A stretch of 64,000 nucleotides of DNA from an archaeon (GTDB taxonomy: Archaea > Iainarchaeota > Iainarchaeia > Iainarchaeales > JAAZKV01). The stretch lies in assembly GCA_041664905.1 (NCBI GenBank), contig JBAYJX010000001.1:3063-67062 (forward strand), read 5' to 3'. The stretch's first letter is position 1. Each line of letters starts with the position of its first letter. Below, piece after piece: positions 50,376-58,986 of this stretch. A program made the position numbers and the translations under genes. The notes under the pieces were generated by a model that was not told the DNA's origin, made no database searches, and was given only the letters and a program-made list of their open reading frames with translations.

Positions 50376-51290
50376 CTACCAAACTAACTTCTTTCCATCC
50401 ACTAAAACTGTAGGGTTAACCAGAATCAAATCATTGTGAACCGGACTCTTGTTCTTTCCCCCGAAAGAAACATTATCTCCAAAAGCGATGTGACAAGTGC
50501 CAAAGATTTTCTCATCATGCAAAATGTTTCCAATCGGTTTTTTGTGCCACTTGTTTGTTCCAATCCCAAATTCTGCGATAACAAACCCATTCTCTACTTG
50601 CTGAACTTCAATGTATGGATGAGCTGCATTATTCCACTCTGCAATTTTGCCCATTTCAATTTTTAGCCAAGCCTTGTTTTCGGGCTTAATTAAATCCTTA
50701 AAGTGATCAATAAATATTTCTCCCTCAGCAGTTTCTTCTATTGGCGCACAATAAATCTCCCCAGTTGGAAGATTTCTAACAAACCCTTTTGTTTTAGGTT
50801 GAGTTCCATACAAAGGACGCTTTTTTATTGAAAAAGAAAGATTTGTTCCACTCGGAGTAGTAACTTGAATATTTTTCTTTCCTTTTAATTGTTTAACAAT
50901 TTTCTTATTCTCTTTCTCAATTTCCTTTAAACTAGCTTCGCCAATTTTTAAAAAAATCTCTTCAGTAACTCCTGGGAGAGTAATTACTTTAGCCCCTTTT
51001 TCAGTGGCTTTTTTTGTTTCGGGACAATGAGTAATGCTTTTTGTTGTTGGGGCAATAACCACTCTTGCCCAAAGCATATCATTTAGTGCTTCATAAATTG
51101 GTTCACTCGGAGCCCGCTCTAGGGGAAGCAAATACTCTTTGAAAGGAACTCCTTTTTTGTTAAGAGCTTCCTTGAAAGCATCATAAACTGAATTTGGAGA
51201 ATGATCATTCATTAACAAAACTTTAGTATTCTTCCGCACACCCAAATATTGAAAAAGAATATTTTCTGCAACTAAAACCAAATCGCTCAC
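50376..51290 (-). CDS. aminopeptidase (M29/AmpS-like)
   Basis: NLPTGE, AEFGIGTN, DEKIFGTCHIAFGDN, HND. Confidence 0.88.
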   Translation of the reverse strand: MSDLVLVAENILFQYLGVRKNTKVLLMNDHSPNSVYDAFKEALNKKGVPFKEYLLPLERAPSEPIYEALNDMLWARVVIAPTTKSITHCPETKKATEKGAKVITLPGVTEEIFLKIGEASLKEIEKENKKIVKQLKGKKNIQVTTPSGTNLSFSIKKRPLYGTQPKTKGFVRNLPTGEIYCAPIEETAEGEIFIDHFKDLIKPENKAWLKIEMGKIAEWNNAAHPYIEVQQVENGFVIAEFGIGTNKWHKKPIGNILHDEKIFGTCHIAFGDNVSFGGKNKSPVHNDLILVNPTVLVDGKKLVW

Positions 51291-51299
51291 AAAAACACC

Positions 51300-52442
51300 T
51301 CAAAAATTCTTTTTCATTATCTTCACAGCTTTATCAATTTCTTTTTTAGAAACATCTAAAGCAGGAAATAGAACTACCCGTTCGCCAAGAGCACTAATAA
51401 GCAACCCATCTTTCTCACACCTTGAGACAAAATCACTTTTCTTTTGAGTAAAACCAATGCACAAGCCTTTACCTTCAGGTTTACAAAATGTTGCAAGTTG
51501 TTTTGCAAAATAAGCCCCACTTTTTGCTGATTTTTCAATTAGCTTATTTTTCTTTAAATAATCAATATTTGCTATTGCTGATTCAGTCGCAAAAGGATGC
51601 CAACCAAAAGTAGAATAATTACTAAAATCAAAACGCATACCTTCGGCAATCTCTCTTTTTACAATAGTTGCTCCTATTGCCCCATAACCAGAACTCATTC
51701 CCTTAGCAATAGTAATTATATCTGGTTCAATGTTGTGGTGCTCAAAACCAAAACACTTCCCAGTTCTCCCAAACCCAGTAGCAACTTCGTCAACAATAAA
51801 AACAGTATTAGTTTCTTTACAAACTTTGTACACCGCTTGGAAAAAACTCTTCGGAGGAACAACTACACCCAGGTTACAAATTATGGGTTCACAAATGAAT
51901 GCACAAATATTCTTCTTTTCAATTAACTCAACCGTAGTTTGAGTTGTTTTCTCCCAATCTCCAGCATTTATCTGAATAAAATTTTCTGAAAAAGGCCCAA
52001 AGTGCTTTTCATGATCCGCAAGCTTAACTAAACTCATGCAAGCAAATGACTGGCCATGATAAGCCTCTTTGAATGCAATAAATTTATTTCTATGATTAAA
52101 GGCTTTAGCAGTTTTTAGAGCAACTTCAACGGCTTCAGTTCCCCCAGTTGCTTTAAAACAAGTATAATCTTTGCTAGGGAGTAGCGAAACAAGTTTTTCT
52201 GCCAAAACCTCCCAACGCGCATACTGATAAGTTGGAGAAACGTATTCGGGCCCAGTAAACTTTTTTACTGCTGCACGAATTTCTTTTTTACCCCAACCCG
52301 CGTTACCCACACACCAGCCCATTGTGAAATCAAGGTATTTTTTTCCATTCTTGTCAAACAAGTAATTACCTTTTGAGCTAACTACCTCTATCGGAAGCGG
52401 AGGCGAATCTCTAAACAAAAAACTTTCTTTCATACAAATCAA
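51300..52442 (-). CDS. class III PLP aminotransferase
   Basis: YLDF, GTEAVE, AYHG, DEVATGFGRTG, PDIITIAKG. Confidence 0.93.
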   Translation of the reverse strand: MICMKESFLFRDSPPLPIEVVSSKGNYLFDKNGKKYLDFTMGWCVGNAGWGKKEIRAAVKKFTGPEYVSPTYQYARWEVLAEKLVSLLPSKDYTCFKATGGTEAVEVALKTAKAFNHRNKFIAFKEAYHGQSFACMSLVKLADHEKHFGPFSENFIQINAGDWEKTTQTTVELIEKKNICAFICEPIICNLGVVVPPKSFFQAVYKVCKETNTVFIVDEVATGFGRTGKCFGFEHHNIEPDIITIAKGMSSGYGAIGATIVKREIAEGMRFDFSNYSTFGWHPFATESAIANIDYLKKNKLIEKSAKSGAYFAKQLATFCKPEGKGLCIGFTQKKSDFVSRCEKDGLLISALGERVVLFPALDVSKKEIDKAVKIMKKNF

Positions 52443-53245
52443 ACCTTTAATTTCATCCCATCAAACGCAAAATCAAAATTAACATTAGAGTACTTCTTTT
52501 TCATCTTTTTTAAGTAATCTTCTCCCCAAAAACCAATTTCATCTTCTTCAATGTGAGTAAGAATTGTCTTTTTAGGAGCAAATTCTTTTATTCGATCAAT
52601 CATTGCAGGGAAAGAAAGTTCATAATCGACAGTTCGGTACGAGAAAACACCGCACTCAGTAATCAACAAGTCCAATTCAGGGAGTTTCTGCGAAAACTCC
52701 ATTGTATCGCAAGGTGAGTAAAAGACTCTCTTTTTGCCTTGTTCAAAAAGAAACCCAAAAATAGTTGAATCCATTCCAGTGTAACCTACCGGAGTAACTT
52801 TTACTTTACCAAACTTTATTGATTTATTGTGTTCAATAAAATTGAATTTAGCGACTTTTAGAATTTTACTGTAGTACTCCAAAACATCCATCTTTTTCTT
52901 AAGTGTATTATACACTTTCTTCGAAATAAAAATATTAATTTTCTTCTTTGGTTTATTTGTTCTAAAATTAAAAGATGATTCAAGCAATGGTCTTAACCCA
53001 AAAGTATGATCTGGGTGCCAGTGAGTGATAAACAAGCTATCGACTCGCTTAATGTCTCTGCGGTTTAGCGAGTCCCCAATATCTTCCCCACAATCAACAA
53101 CAGCATTAATATCTTTCACAAACAAAGAACTGCAGTTTCGTTTAAATGGTTCACCAAACTTTCTTGCTTTCTTACAAACAGCACACTTGCAAAACGGTCT
53201 TGGCGTAGCTATTGCTCCACCCGAACCCAAAACAACAAATTCCAT
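52439..53245 (-). CDS. metallo-beta-lactamase fold hydrolase (PhnP-like)
   Basis: LGSGG..P.PFCKCAVC, THWHPDH, THI. Confidence 0.88.
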   Translation of the reverse strand: MEFVVLGSGGAIATPRPFCKCAVCKKARKFGEPFKRNCSSLFVKDINAVVDCGEDIGDSLNRRDIKRVDSLFITHWHPDHTFGLRPLLESSFNFRTNKPKKKINIFISKKVYNTLKKKMDVLEYYSKILKVAKFNFIEHNKSIKFGKVKVTPVGYTGMDSTIFGFLFEQGKKRVFYSPCDTMEFSQKLPELDLLITECGVFSYRTVDYELSFPAMIDRIKEFAPKKTILTHIEEDEIGFWGEDYLKKMKKKYSNVNFDFAFDGMKLKV

Positions 53246-53332
53246 AATATACTACCACTTCTAAAATATAAAAAGCTGTTTATGACTTGTCTTCGGCAAT
53301 TCCACAGAAAAATAAATTAAAAATTGTGGAAG

Positions 53333-54160
53333 TTACCTAAAAGTCAGTCGGTTATTATTTTCAAAGTTTGACTTTGAAACGGCTTTTTGCCACTTCTCCA
53401 CAACGGTTGTGTCAAAAATACTACCCAATTCTTTTTCAACAGAAATACCATCAACCAAAGTGGGCATAAAAACAACGCCGTTTGGGTTTATAAAAAAATA
53501 AGCTTTGTCTCGGTCAGTAACTTTGCAAGTAACAAGTTTAAATGAAAATTTGGTCTGCGACAATTTGCGAGTTATCAAATCAAACGCCGCATAGGGAACC
53601 TCAAGTGATTGTCTATTGGTTAAAGCATTCTTATTTTGGGGCAAGAATTGATATATTTTCCAAATGTCAACAGGGTATTTCCCCAGCTTTTCAGCTAAAT
53701 TATTCAGCTCGCCAATATTATCTTTTGTTATTACTGTCCCAATCCTAATTAAGGGACGCTTACTAGCACTTTTCAAAAACTCAAGAATTTTGAAAGCATT
53801 TTCAACATTTTCTTCACAACGATAACTTTTATTAACAAAATCTATTGGCAACCCTAAAACTTTAATATCCTCAAGTATCACATTACTATGCTTAAAAAAG
53901 AAGTCTCCATTTGAGTCTAAAAAAATATCAAAGCCAATTTGTTTTAACTCAGAAATAATCTTGTCAAAGTCATCTCTACAAAGTGGTTCTCCCCCAGTAA
54001 GACAAATTTCTCTCGCCCCCCCCTCAAAGAGATACTCTGCCATTTTTTTAATTTCTTCAAAAGACATATCTTCGATTAATCGGTCAGGCCCATAACAATA
54101 TGCACAGTCGTTGTTGCACTTTGAGGTTACCCTAAAAACTACTGTTTTTGGAAAGCCCAT
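53333..54160 (-). CDS. radical SAM enzyme with viperin-like C-terminal motifs
   Basis: CNNDCAYC, TGGEP, DSNG, TVITKDN, WKIYQFLP, YFFINPNG. Confidence 0.85.
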   Translation of the reverse strand: MGFPKTVVFRVTSKCNNDCAYCYGPDRLIEDMSFEEIKKMAEYLFEGGAREICLTGGEPLCRDDFDKIISELKQIGFDIFLDSNGDFFFKHSNVILEDIKVLGLPIDFVNKSYRCEENVENAFKILEFLKSASKRPLIRIGTVITKDNIGELNNLAEKLGKYPVDIWKIYQFLPQNKNALTNRQSLEVPYAAFDLITRKLSQTKFSFKLVTCKVTDRDKAYFFINPNGVVFMPTLVDGISVEKELGSIFDTTVVEKWQKAVSKSNFENNNRLTFR

Positions 54161-54164
54161 TCAA

Positions 54165-55130
54165 TCACCACTTTTGGTACAACCCAGCTCTTCCTTGTTT
54201 TAACCAGTATTCATTTTCTTTTGTTTTATTGCCTTTGTGTTTTGCAAATAAGGGCATGAGAACATAAATTGAGTACGCTACTTTAATCAAAACAGGTAAT
54301 GCCGTAAGTTCTCTTTTTGTTAAAGAAACTATTTTTTGGTATTCACTTAGTGCAATAACAATGTTCTTTTTTGTTTTTGCTTTACTTGTTGGAACAAAAA
54401 AAGAGTTACAACAAAGTATTGCCAGTTCGTTTATTCTAGGAGAATAATTGGATACTGAAAAATCAATTAACCACAGTTTTCCTCCCTCGTCTTTTATTAT
54501 ATTTGTTTTTATCAAATCCCCGTGAACAAACGCACGAGGCAATTTGTTAGTTTTGAGTGCACAAAATTCTTCTACTATCGGCTCAATCAACTCTAAATCT
54601 CTTTTTGGAAGAAACTTTCTTTTTTTCTTAAACTCTCTGGCAAAGTTATCTATTGACCAACTATCATAAACAAACCTTGGTTTTGTTTTGATTAAACTTA
54701 TTCTTGCGGCTTGTTTAGCTAAAGATTTTACTTCACTCTCTGTTAAATTAGATTTTGAATCAAACAAACTTTTTCCTTCAATAAAATCCATTACAACTAA
54801 GCGAAGTTTTTTTCCATTTACGCTAACTGTATTTACTAACCCTTTCTTTGATTTTATTATTTTAGGAGTTTGAACACCTTGCTTTAACGCACTTTCTATT
54901 CTCCCACAATAACCCTTACAATCAGCAAGCGAACGAAAACTTGCAAACACTTTGACAAAAAACTTGCCTTTTGTTGTGCATAACGAAAAGTTAAAGTCCT
55001 CATAACCTATTTTGGCAAGTTCGGAAGAAACATAAATTCCAAAAGAATACTCTTTGCAAATCTCAATTCCAATATCGCTTAAGGTGCCCTTAAACCCAAT
55101 TCGCTTTTTGAAAATATCTTCTTCATTCAT
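54165..55130 (-). CDS. APH/homoserine kinase type II-like phosphotransferase
   Basis: GYEDFN, FFVKVF, VHGDLIKTN, LIDFS. Confidence 0.88.
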   Translation of the reverse strand: MNEEDIFKKRIGFKGTLSDIGIEICKEYSFGIYVSSELAKIGYEDFNFSLCTTKGKFFVKVFASFRSLADCKGYCGRIESALKQGVQTPKIIKSKKGLVNTVSVNGKKLRLVVMDFIEGKSLFDSKSNLTESEVKSLAKQAARISLIKTKPRFVYDSWSIDNFAREFKKKRKFLPKRDLELIEPIVEEFCALKTNKLPRAFVHGDLIKTNIIKDEGGKLWLIDFSVSNYSPRINELAILCCNSFFVPTSKAKTKKNIVIALSEYQKIVSLTKRELTALPVLIKVAYSIYVLMPLFAKHKGNKTKENEYWLKQGRAGLYQKW

Positions 55131-55164
55131 CCAAAACCACTACAATCCTAATACAATCTCTATT

Positions 55165-55737
55165 TTACTCAATAAACCTTTCTTTTACTTCGAGTTCATC
55201 AAAAACAATTTTTCCTGCGATTTTTCCTTCTTTTGACCAAGCCCAAAAGAAAACAGGCAACTTTTTCTTTTTTAACAAATGAACTTTTCTCAAAACGTTT
55301 TCAGTAGTAACCATAAACAATTCGTGGTGCTGATATTTTTTTATGATTGAAGATTCTGCCCAGTAAATGCACTCAAAGTTCTTGTAATTAACTTTTTTTA
55401 GTATCCTGCTTGCAAGCTGGGCTTCCGTGATTTTCTTGCTCAAGAACAACTTTTCAAGCTTTTTTGTACAAGGCAAAAAAATACTGCTACCAACAACACT
55501 CTTTCCGTCAAAAATCACTTCAATAAACTCTGGAAACAATTTGCTTATTTTCAAAAACAACTTGCAATCAGATTTCATTTGAGTTTTATCAAGATTAGTT
55601 TTAAAAAAATTCTCTGAAATCGCCGCAGCTTCCTTTAGCTGACTGTTAGAAACGTTAGTTCCATCAAAAAAGAAAAGTTCTTTCATGAGATAAATAAGGT
55701 TTTGTGAGTTAAAATATTTTGCGTTAACACAAACCAA
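55165..55737 (-). CDS. hypothetical protein, GNAT-like
   Basis: VVG..IFLP, IIKKYQHHEL resembles degenerate motif A; likely start MKELF. Confidence 0.5.
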   Translation of the reverse strand: MVCVNAKYFNSQNLIYLMKELFFFDGTNVSNSQLKEAAAISENFFKTNLDKTQMKSDCKLFLKISKLFPEFIEVIFDGKSVVGSSIFLPCTKKLEKLFLSKKITEAQLASRILKKVNYKNFECIYWAESSIIKKYQHHELFMVTTENVLRKVHLLKKKKLPVFFWAWSKEGKIAGKIVFDELEVKERFIE

Positions 55738-55760
55738 GCAAAATTCTCAACAACACTCAG

Positions 55761-56029
55761 AATTGATTGAATAATCCCAAACATATTTTAGTACTTGAAC
55801 AATCAGTTTCATAATATTTACCATCAGATGACGGCAATTTGAGTTGGTTACAAAAAGTAACCAACTGAGGTTCTCTAAATTTTAATACTTTTCAATAATT
55901 TCGAGCATCTTCACTTTCAGTCAATGCCGCAATAACATCAACCACACTAAAAAACCATTCTTCATCATGCCAAAGTCGCCTTATCTTCTTATCCTGAAAA
56001 ACAACTAAAGCTTTATTTTCATCACCAAT
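55761..56029 (-). pseudogene. Bro-N / phage antirepressor-like pseudogene
   Basis: manual translation FQDKKIRRLWHDEEWFFSVVDVIAALTES..RNY*KVLK..CNQLKL..DGK..TDC; TGA at 55892-55894, frameshift near 55787, truncated after IIQSI. Confidence 0.85.
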
Positions 56030-56228
56030 AACAACAAATTTTTCTAATAAGAATACTTCTAAATTCATAATTTAAGCTTTTCATAACCTCCATGCCTGCG
56101 AAAAAAAAATTAAAAGATTAAATTGTGAGTTAACACCAAGAATAATAGAAAAAGTGTTTTTGTTAAAACTGGTTATAACTTTGACTGGTGGAGAAATTTC
56201 CATTTTTGGATTATCTACGTCAACGCTT

Positions 56229-57092
56229 TCAAGGTCTCCGGAAGTTATCAATTTCTTTCAACTTATCAAGTTCAATTAAATCTTCTTTTTTTATTTTCCA
56301 GCCGAACGCACCAAGATTCTCTTTCAAGTGCACTACATTCGTTGATTTTGGAATAGCAACAACACCTTCTTTTGTTATAAGCCAGTTAAGACAAAGCTGC
56401 GCAGGAGTCTTTCCATATTTTTGAGCTATTATTTGAACAGTTTTATTTTCAAGAAGAAGTTTTCTTTCAAGTGGCCTCACTGCCATTGTAATAATTCCTT
56501 CTTTCTGCTGGTAAGGAATCACTTCACTCTCCATATTCTTGCTTGTGCCATAATAACCAAGATTTCTTGCAAACAAACTATACTCTATTTGATTTACTAC
56601 AATCGGAGCGTCAGATTTTGTTTGTGCTTCCTTTAACATTTCTAAAGAAAATGCACTCACCCCAATAGTTTTTGTTAATCCTTCCTTTACCAACAAGTTC
56701 ATCGCGTCAAGAGTTTCTTTTAAAGGAACTTCAGGGTTGGGCATGTGAATAAGATATAAGTCAAGATAATCAGTACCTAATCTCTTCAAACTATTCTTAC
56801 AAGACTCAATGACTTTGTTGTACTGCAAATTGGTTCTGTAAACTTTACTTACTAAAAACAAATCTTTTCTTACAGTATCTTGAATTGCTTTGCCAATTAA
56901 TTCTTCACAATGCCCCGCACTATACATTTCAGCAGTATCAATTAGAGTATAACCCATTTCTATTGCACTCTTAATCGCCGCAACTTCACTCACATCATTA
57001 ACAGTACTTGGAGTGCGCTCTCCCCCAACTTTCCAAGTTCCAAGTCCTAACGCAGGAATTTTGTCCCCAGTAAGAAGTTTTCTGTATTCCAT
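56229..57092 (-). CDS. aldo/keto reductase
   Basis: LGLGTW, IDTAEMY, SKV, DYLDLYLIH, IPKS..HLKEN. Confidence 0.95.
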   Translation of the reverse strand: MEYRKLLTGDKIPALGLGTWKVGGERTPSTVNDVSEVAAIKSAIEMGYTLIDTAEMYSAGHCEELIGKAIQDTVRKDLFLVSKVYRTNLQYNKVIESCKNSLKRLGTDYLDLYLIHMPNPEVPLKETLDAMNLLVKEGLTKTIGVSAFSLEMLKEAQTKSDAPIVVNQIEYSLFARNLGYYGTSKNMESEVIPYQQKEGIITMAVRPLERKLLLENKTVQIIAQKYGKTPAQLCLNWLITKEGVVAIPKSTNVVHLKENLGAFGWKIKKEDLIELDKLKEIDNFRRP

Positions 57093-58085
57093 TCAAACCA
57101 CCTTGCTTACAAGTTTTTTTAGAATTGCTTGTTTGTTTTCTTTTATTGCTGTGCTTAGTTCTTGTGCTCTTTTTTCGAGACACAAATAAATGAACTTTGC
57201 GAATTTATTATATTCTTTGCTCAATTGAAGTCGTTCAAGTAATACAACATAGCTTTGCCTATTTTCAAGGTTAATTATTGCTCTTGGATAACCCGCATTC
57301 CCGAGCATCACATTAAGCACTTCTCTTCCTGTTCGACCATTACCATCTAAAAACGGGTGAATTTCTTCAAATCGTGCGTGAAACTCTGCTGCTAATTCAA
57401 CTGGGTGAATTTTTTCTTTGTTTTTATTAAGCCAAGCCAGTAATTTTTCCATTTCTTTTGGAACCGCTTCTGCACTTTGCGGTTTGGTTGTTGAACCTGT
57501 AATGAACATTGGTCCATCGCGATATTCACCAGGTTTTTTATCATCAAAACCACGCATAATGGCCGAATGAATTCTTTTTATGTTTCGTTCATTTAAATCA
57601 ATAATTTTTTTTGATTCTTTCGCAGCAAACAACATATTTTCAATTTCTCTAACCTCATCAACTTTTTTGCCCGATATAGATATTCCTTTGCTCAAAACCA
57701 AGTTTGCTTCCTGCAAACTCAGAGAATTGCCTTCAACGGAAGCACTTCCTTGTGCATATCTAACAAATTCATCTTCTTTAAAGGATTCAAACTCTTCAGG
57801 AAAAAAATTGCTTAACAAAGAATAATCCACTTTCAATCTTTCAAGAACAAGCAATTCATTCAGATTCAAATTTTGAGTTTTAAACTCTTTTTGAGAAAAC
57901 TTCAAATTCTCAAGAGCGGTTTTTTGAACCAAAGAATCAAATGCCTCACCAATATTTCTTGCCAAAGTTTCTTTAAGCCCTAAAAAAAAACTAACCCTCT
58001 TGCCGAACAGTCTGTCCTCTAAGTAAAAGTAATCCTTGGACTTGACCCTTCTTTTTGAAATGAACATAATAACTGTTATCACCAA
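57093..58085 (-). CDS. Fic-family protein (class II, auto-inhibited type)
   Basis: HPFLDGNGRTGR; SASVEGN inhibitory (S/T)xxxE(G/N) motif N-terminal to the core. Confidence 0.93.
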   Translation of the reverse strand: MVITVIMFISKRRVKSKDYFYLEDRLFGKRVSFFLGLKETLARNIGEAFDSLVQKTALENLKFSQKEFKTQNLNLNELLVLERLKVDYSLLSNFFPEEFESFKEDEFVRYAQGSASVEGNSLSLQEANLVLSKGISISGKKVDEVREIENMLFAAKESKKIIDLNERNIKRIHSAIMRGFDDKKPGEYRDGPMFITGSTTKPQSAEAVPKEMEKLLAWLNKNKEKIHPVELAAEFHARFEEIHPFLDGNGRTGREVLNVMLGNAGYPRAIINLENRQSYVVLLERLQLSKEYNKFAKFIYLCLEKRAQELSTAIKENKQAILKKLVSKVV

Positions 58086-58302
58086 AAAGTATAAAAATCG
58101 ATGTTTTGCCCAAAAATGGTTATAACGGCAGATTAGCAGGAGATCTTTTCCTTTTGGTTGACAGTTTGTAGTTGGTTCTTTGTAGCAGAGTGCGTTCGAA
58201 CCGAATTTTTTTTGTCTAATTGTTTCTTGTTCAGATAATCATCTTTGTGATTATTTTTCCATCAGAACATATTAAATTCTCTACTGCGTAACTTATTATC
58301 AT

Positions 58303-58860
58303 ATGATAAAAAAGCTTATTGGGGGAAGAAATACTGTCAAAGCTAAAGTTAAACTTGGAAAAAGATTAGGAACAGGACTAGAAGGAACAGTTCGCGAGGC
58401 AAATTTAATTTTTGGTAAAAATGGTAAAACGAGAACTCACCAATTCGCAGTCAAAAGTTTCAAATGGTACTTCGACTCATATGGTGCTTGGGCAAATCCG
58501 AAGAAACAGTTTCAAATAATGAAAGAACTATCCACTCTAAATAGACAAGGAAAATTAGGGTTAAGAATCATTCCAACAATTCGTTTAATAAAAACTGTTT
58601 TTGGAAAAGATAAATTATTGGTAACAAAACTTAATATTGTAAAAGATCTAACTCCAGAACAGCACGCCGATTATTTAAGAGATATAAAAAGACAAAGTCT
58701 AATTGGTGCAAAAAATGGTTATTCAATCCTAAAAGATGCATTTCAACCAGTACTAGATAAAAACGGCAAAGTAATCGCAGTCTTAACTGATTTTGGGCAG
58801 GTTTCAAAAACAAAGCCGATTGCCATAAACGAGTTAACCAATCGTTTGCTCACAAAGTGA
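58303..58860 (+). CDS. minimal basic protein-kinase-like orphan
   Basis: LGTGLEGTV Gly-loop, FAVK, LTDFG; no recognisable HxD catalytic loop. Confidence 0.6.
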   Translation: MIKKLIGGRNTVKAKVKLGKRLGTGLEGTVREANLIFGKNGKTRTHQFAVKSFKWYFDSYGAWANPKKQFQIMKELSTLNRQGKLGLRIIPTIRLIKTVFGKDKLLVTKLNIVKDLTPEQHADYLRDIKRQSLIGAKNGYSILKDAFQPVLDKNGKVIAVLTDFGQVSKTKPIAINELTNRLLTK

Positions 58861-58890
58861 TGCAGCTCGGCCGGGAATTGAACCCGGGCC
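58861..58890 (-). other. orphan tRNA 3' fragment (T-arm and acceptor 3' strand)
   Basis: minus strand GGC-CCGGG-TTCAATT-CCCGG-CCGAGCT-G-CA; preceded by A-rich sequence, no anticodon arm or D-arm. Confidence 0.75.
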
Positions 58891-58915
58891 TTTGTTTATT
58901 TTTATTTGCTTCATA

Positions 58916-58986
58916 TGCGACCTACGGGAGTCGAACCCGTGCTTTCACCTTGGGAAGGTGAATTCATACCGTTAGATCAAAGTCGC
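58916..58986 (-). tRNA. tRNA-Gly(CCC)
   Basis: GCGACTT/AGGTCGC acceptor + A73; TCACC-TTCCCAA-GGTGA; ACGGG-TTCGACT-CCCGT; weak D-stem; CCA not encoded. Confidence 0.9.

Noticed and set aside
55892..55894. TGA=Trp recoding suggested by the stop at a conserved Trp
   Set aside because: Core genes end in TGA and use TGG for Trp, and the same ORF also has a frameshift and truncation.
50376..57092. single biosynthetic gene cluster (aminotransferase, MBL, radical SAM, kinase, AKR)
   Set aside because: Co-orientation only; an aminopeptidase and a pseudogene are interspersed and no coherent pathway is evident.
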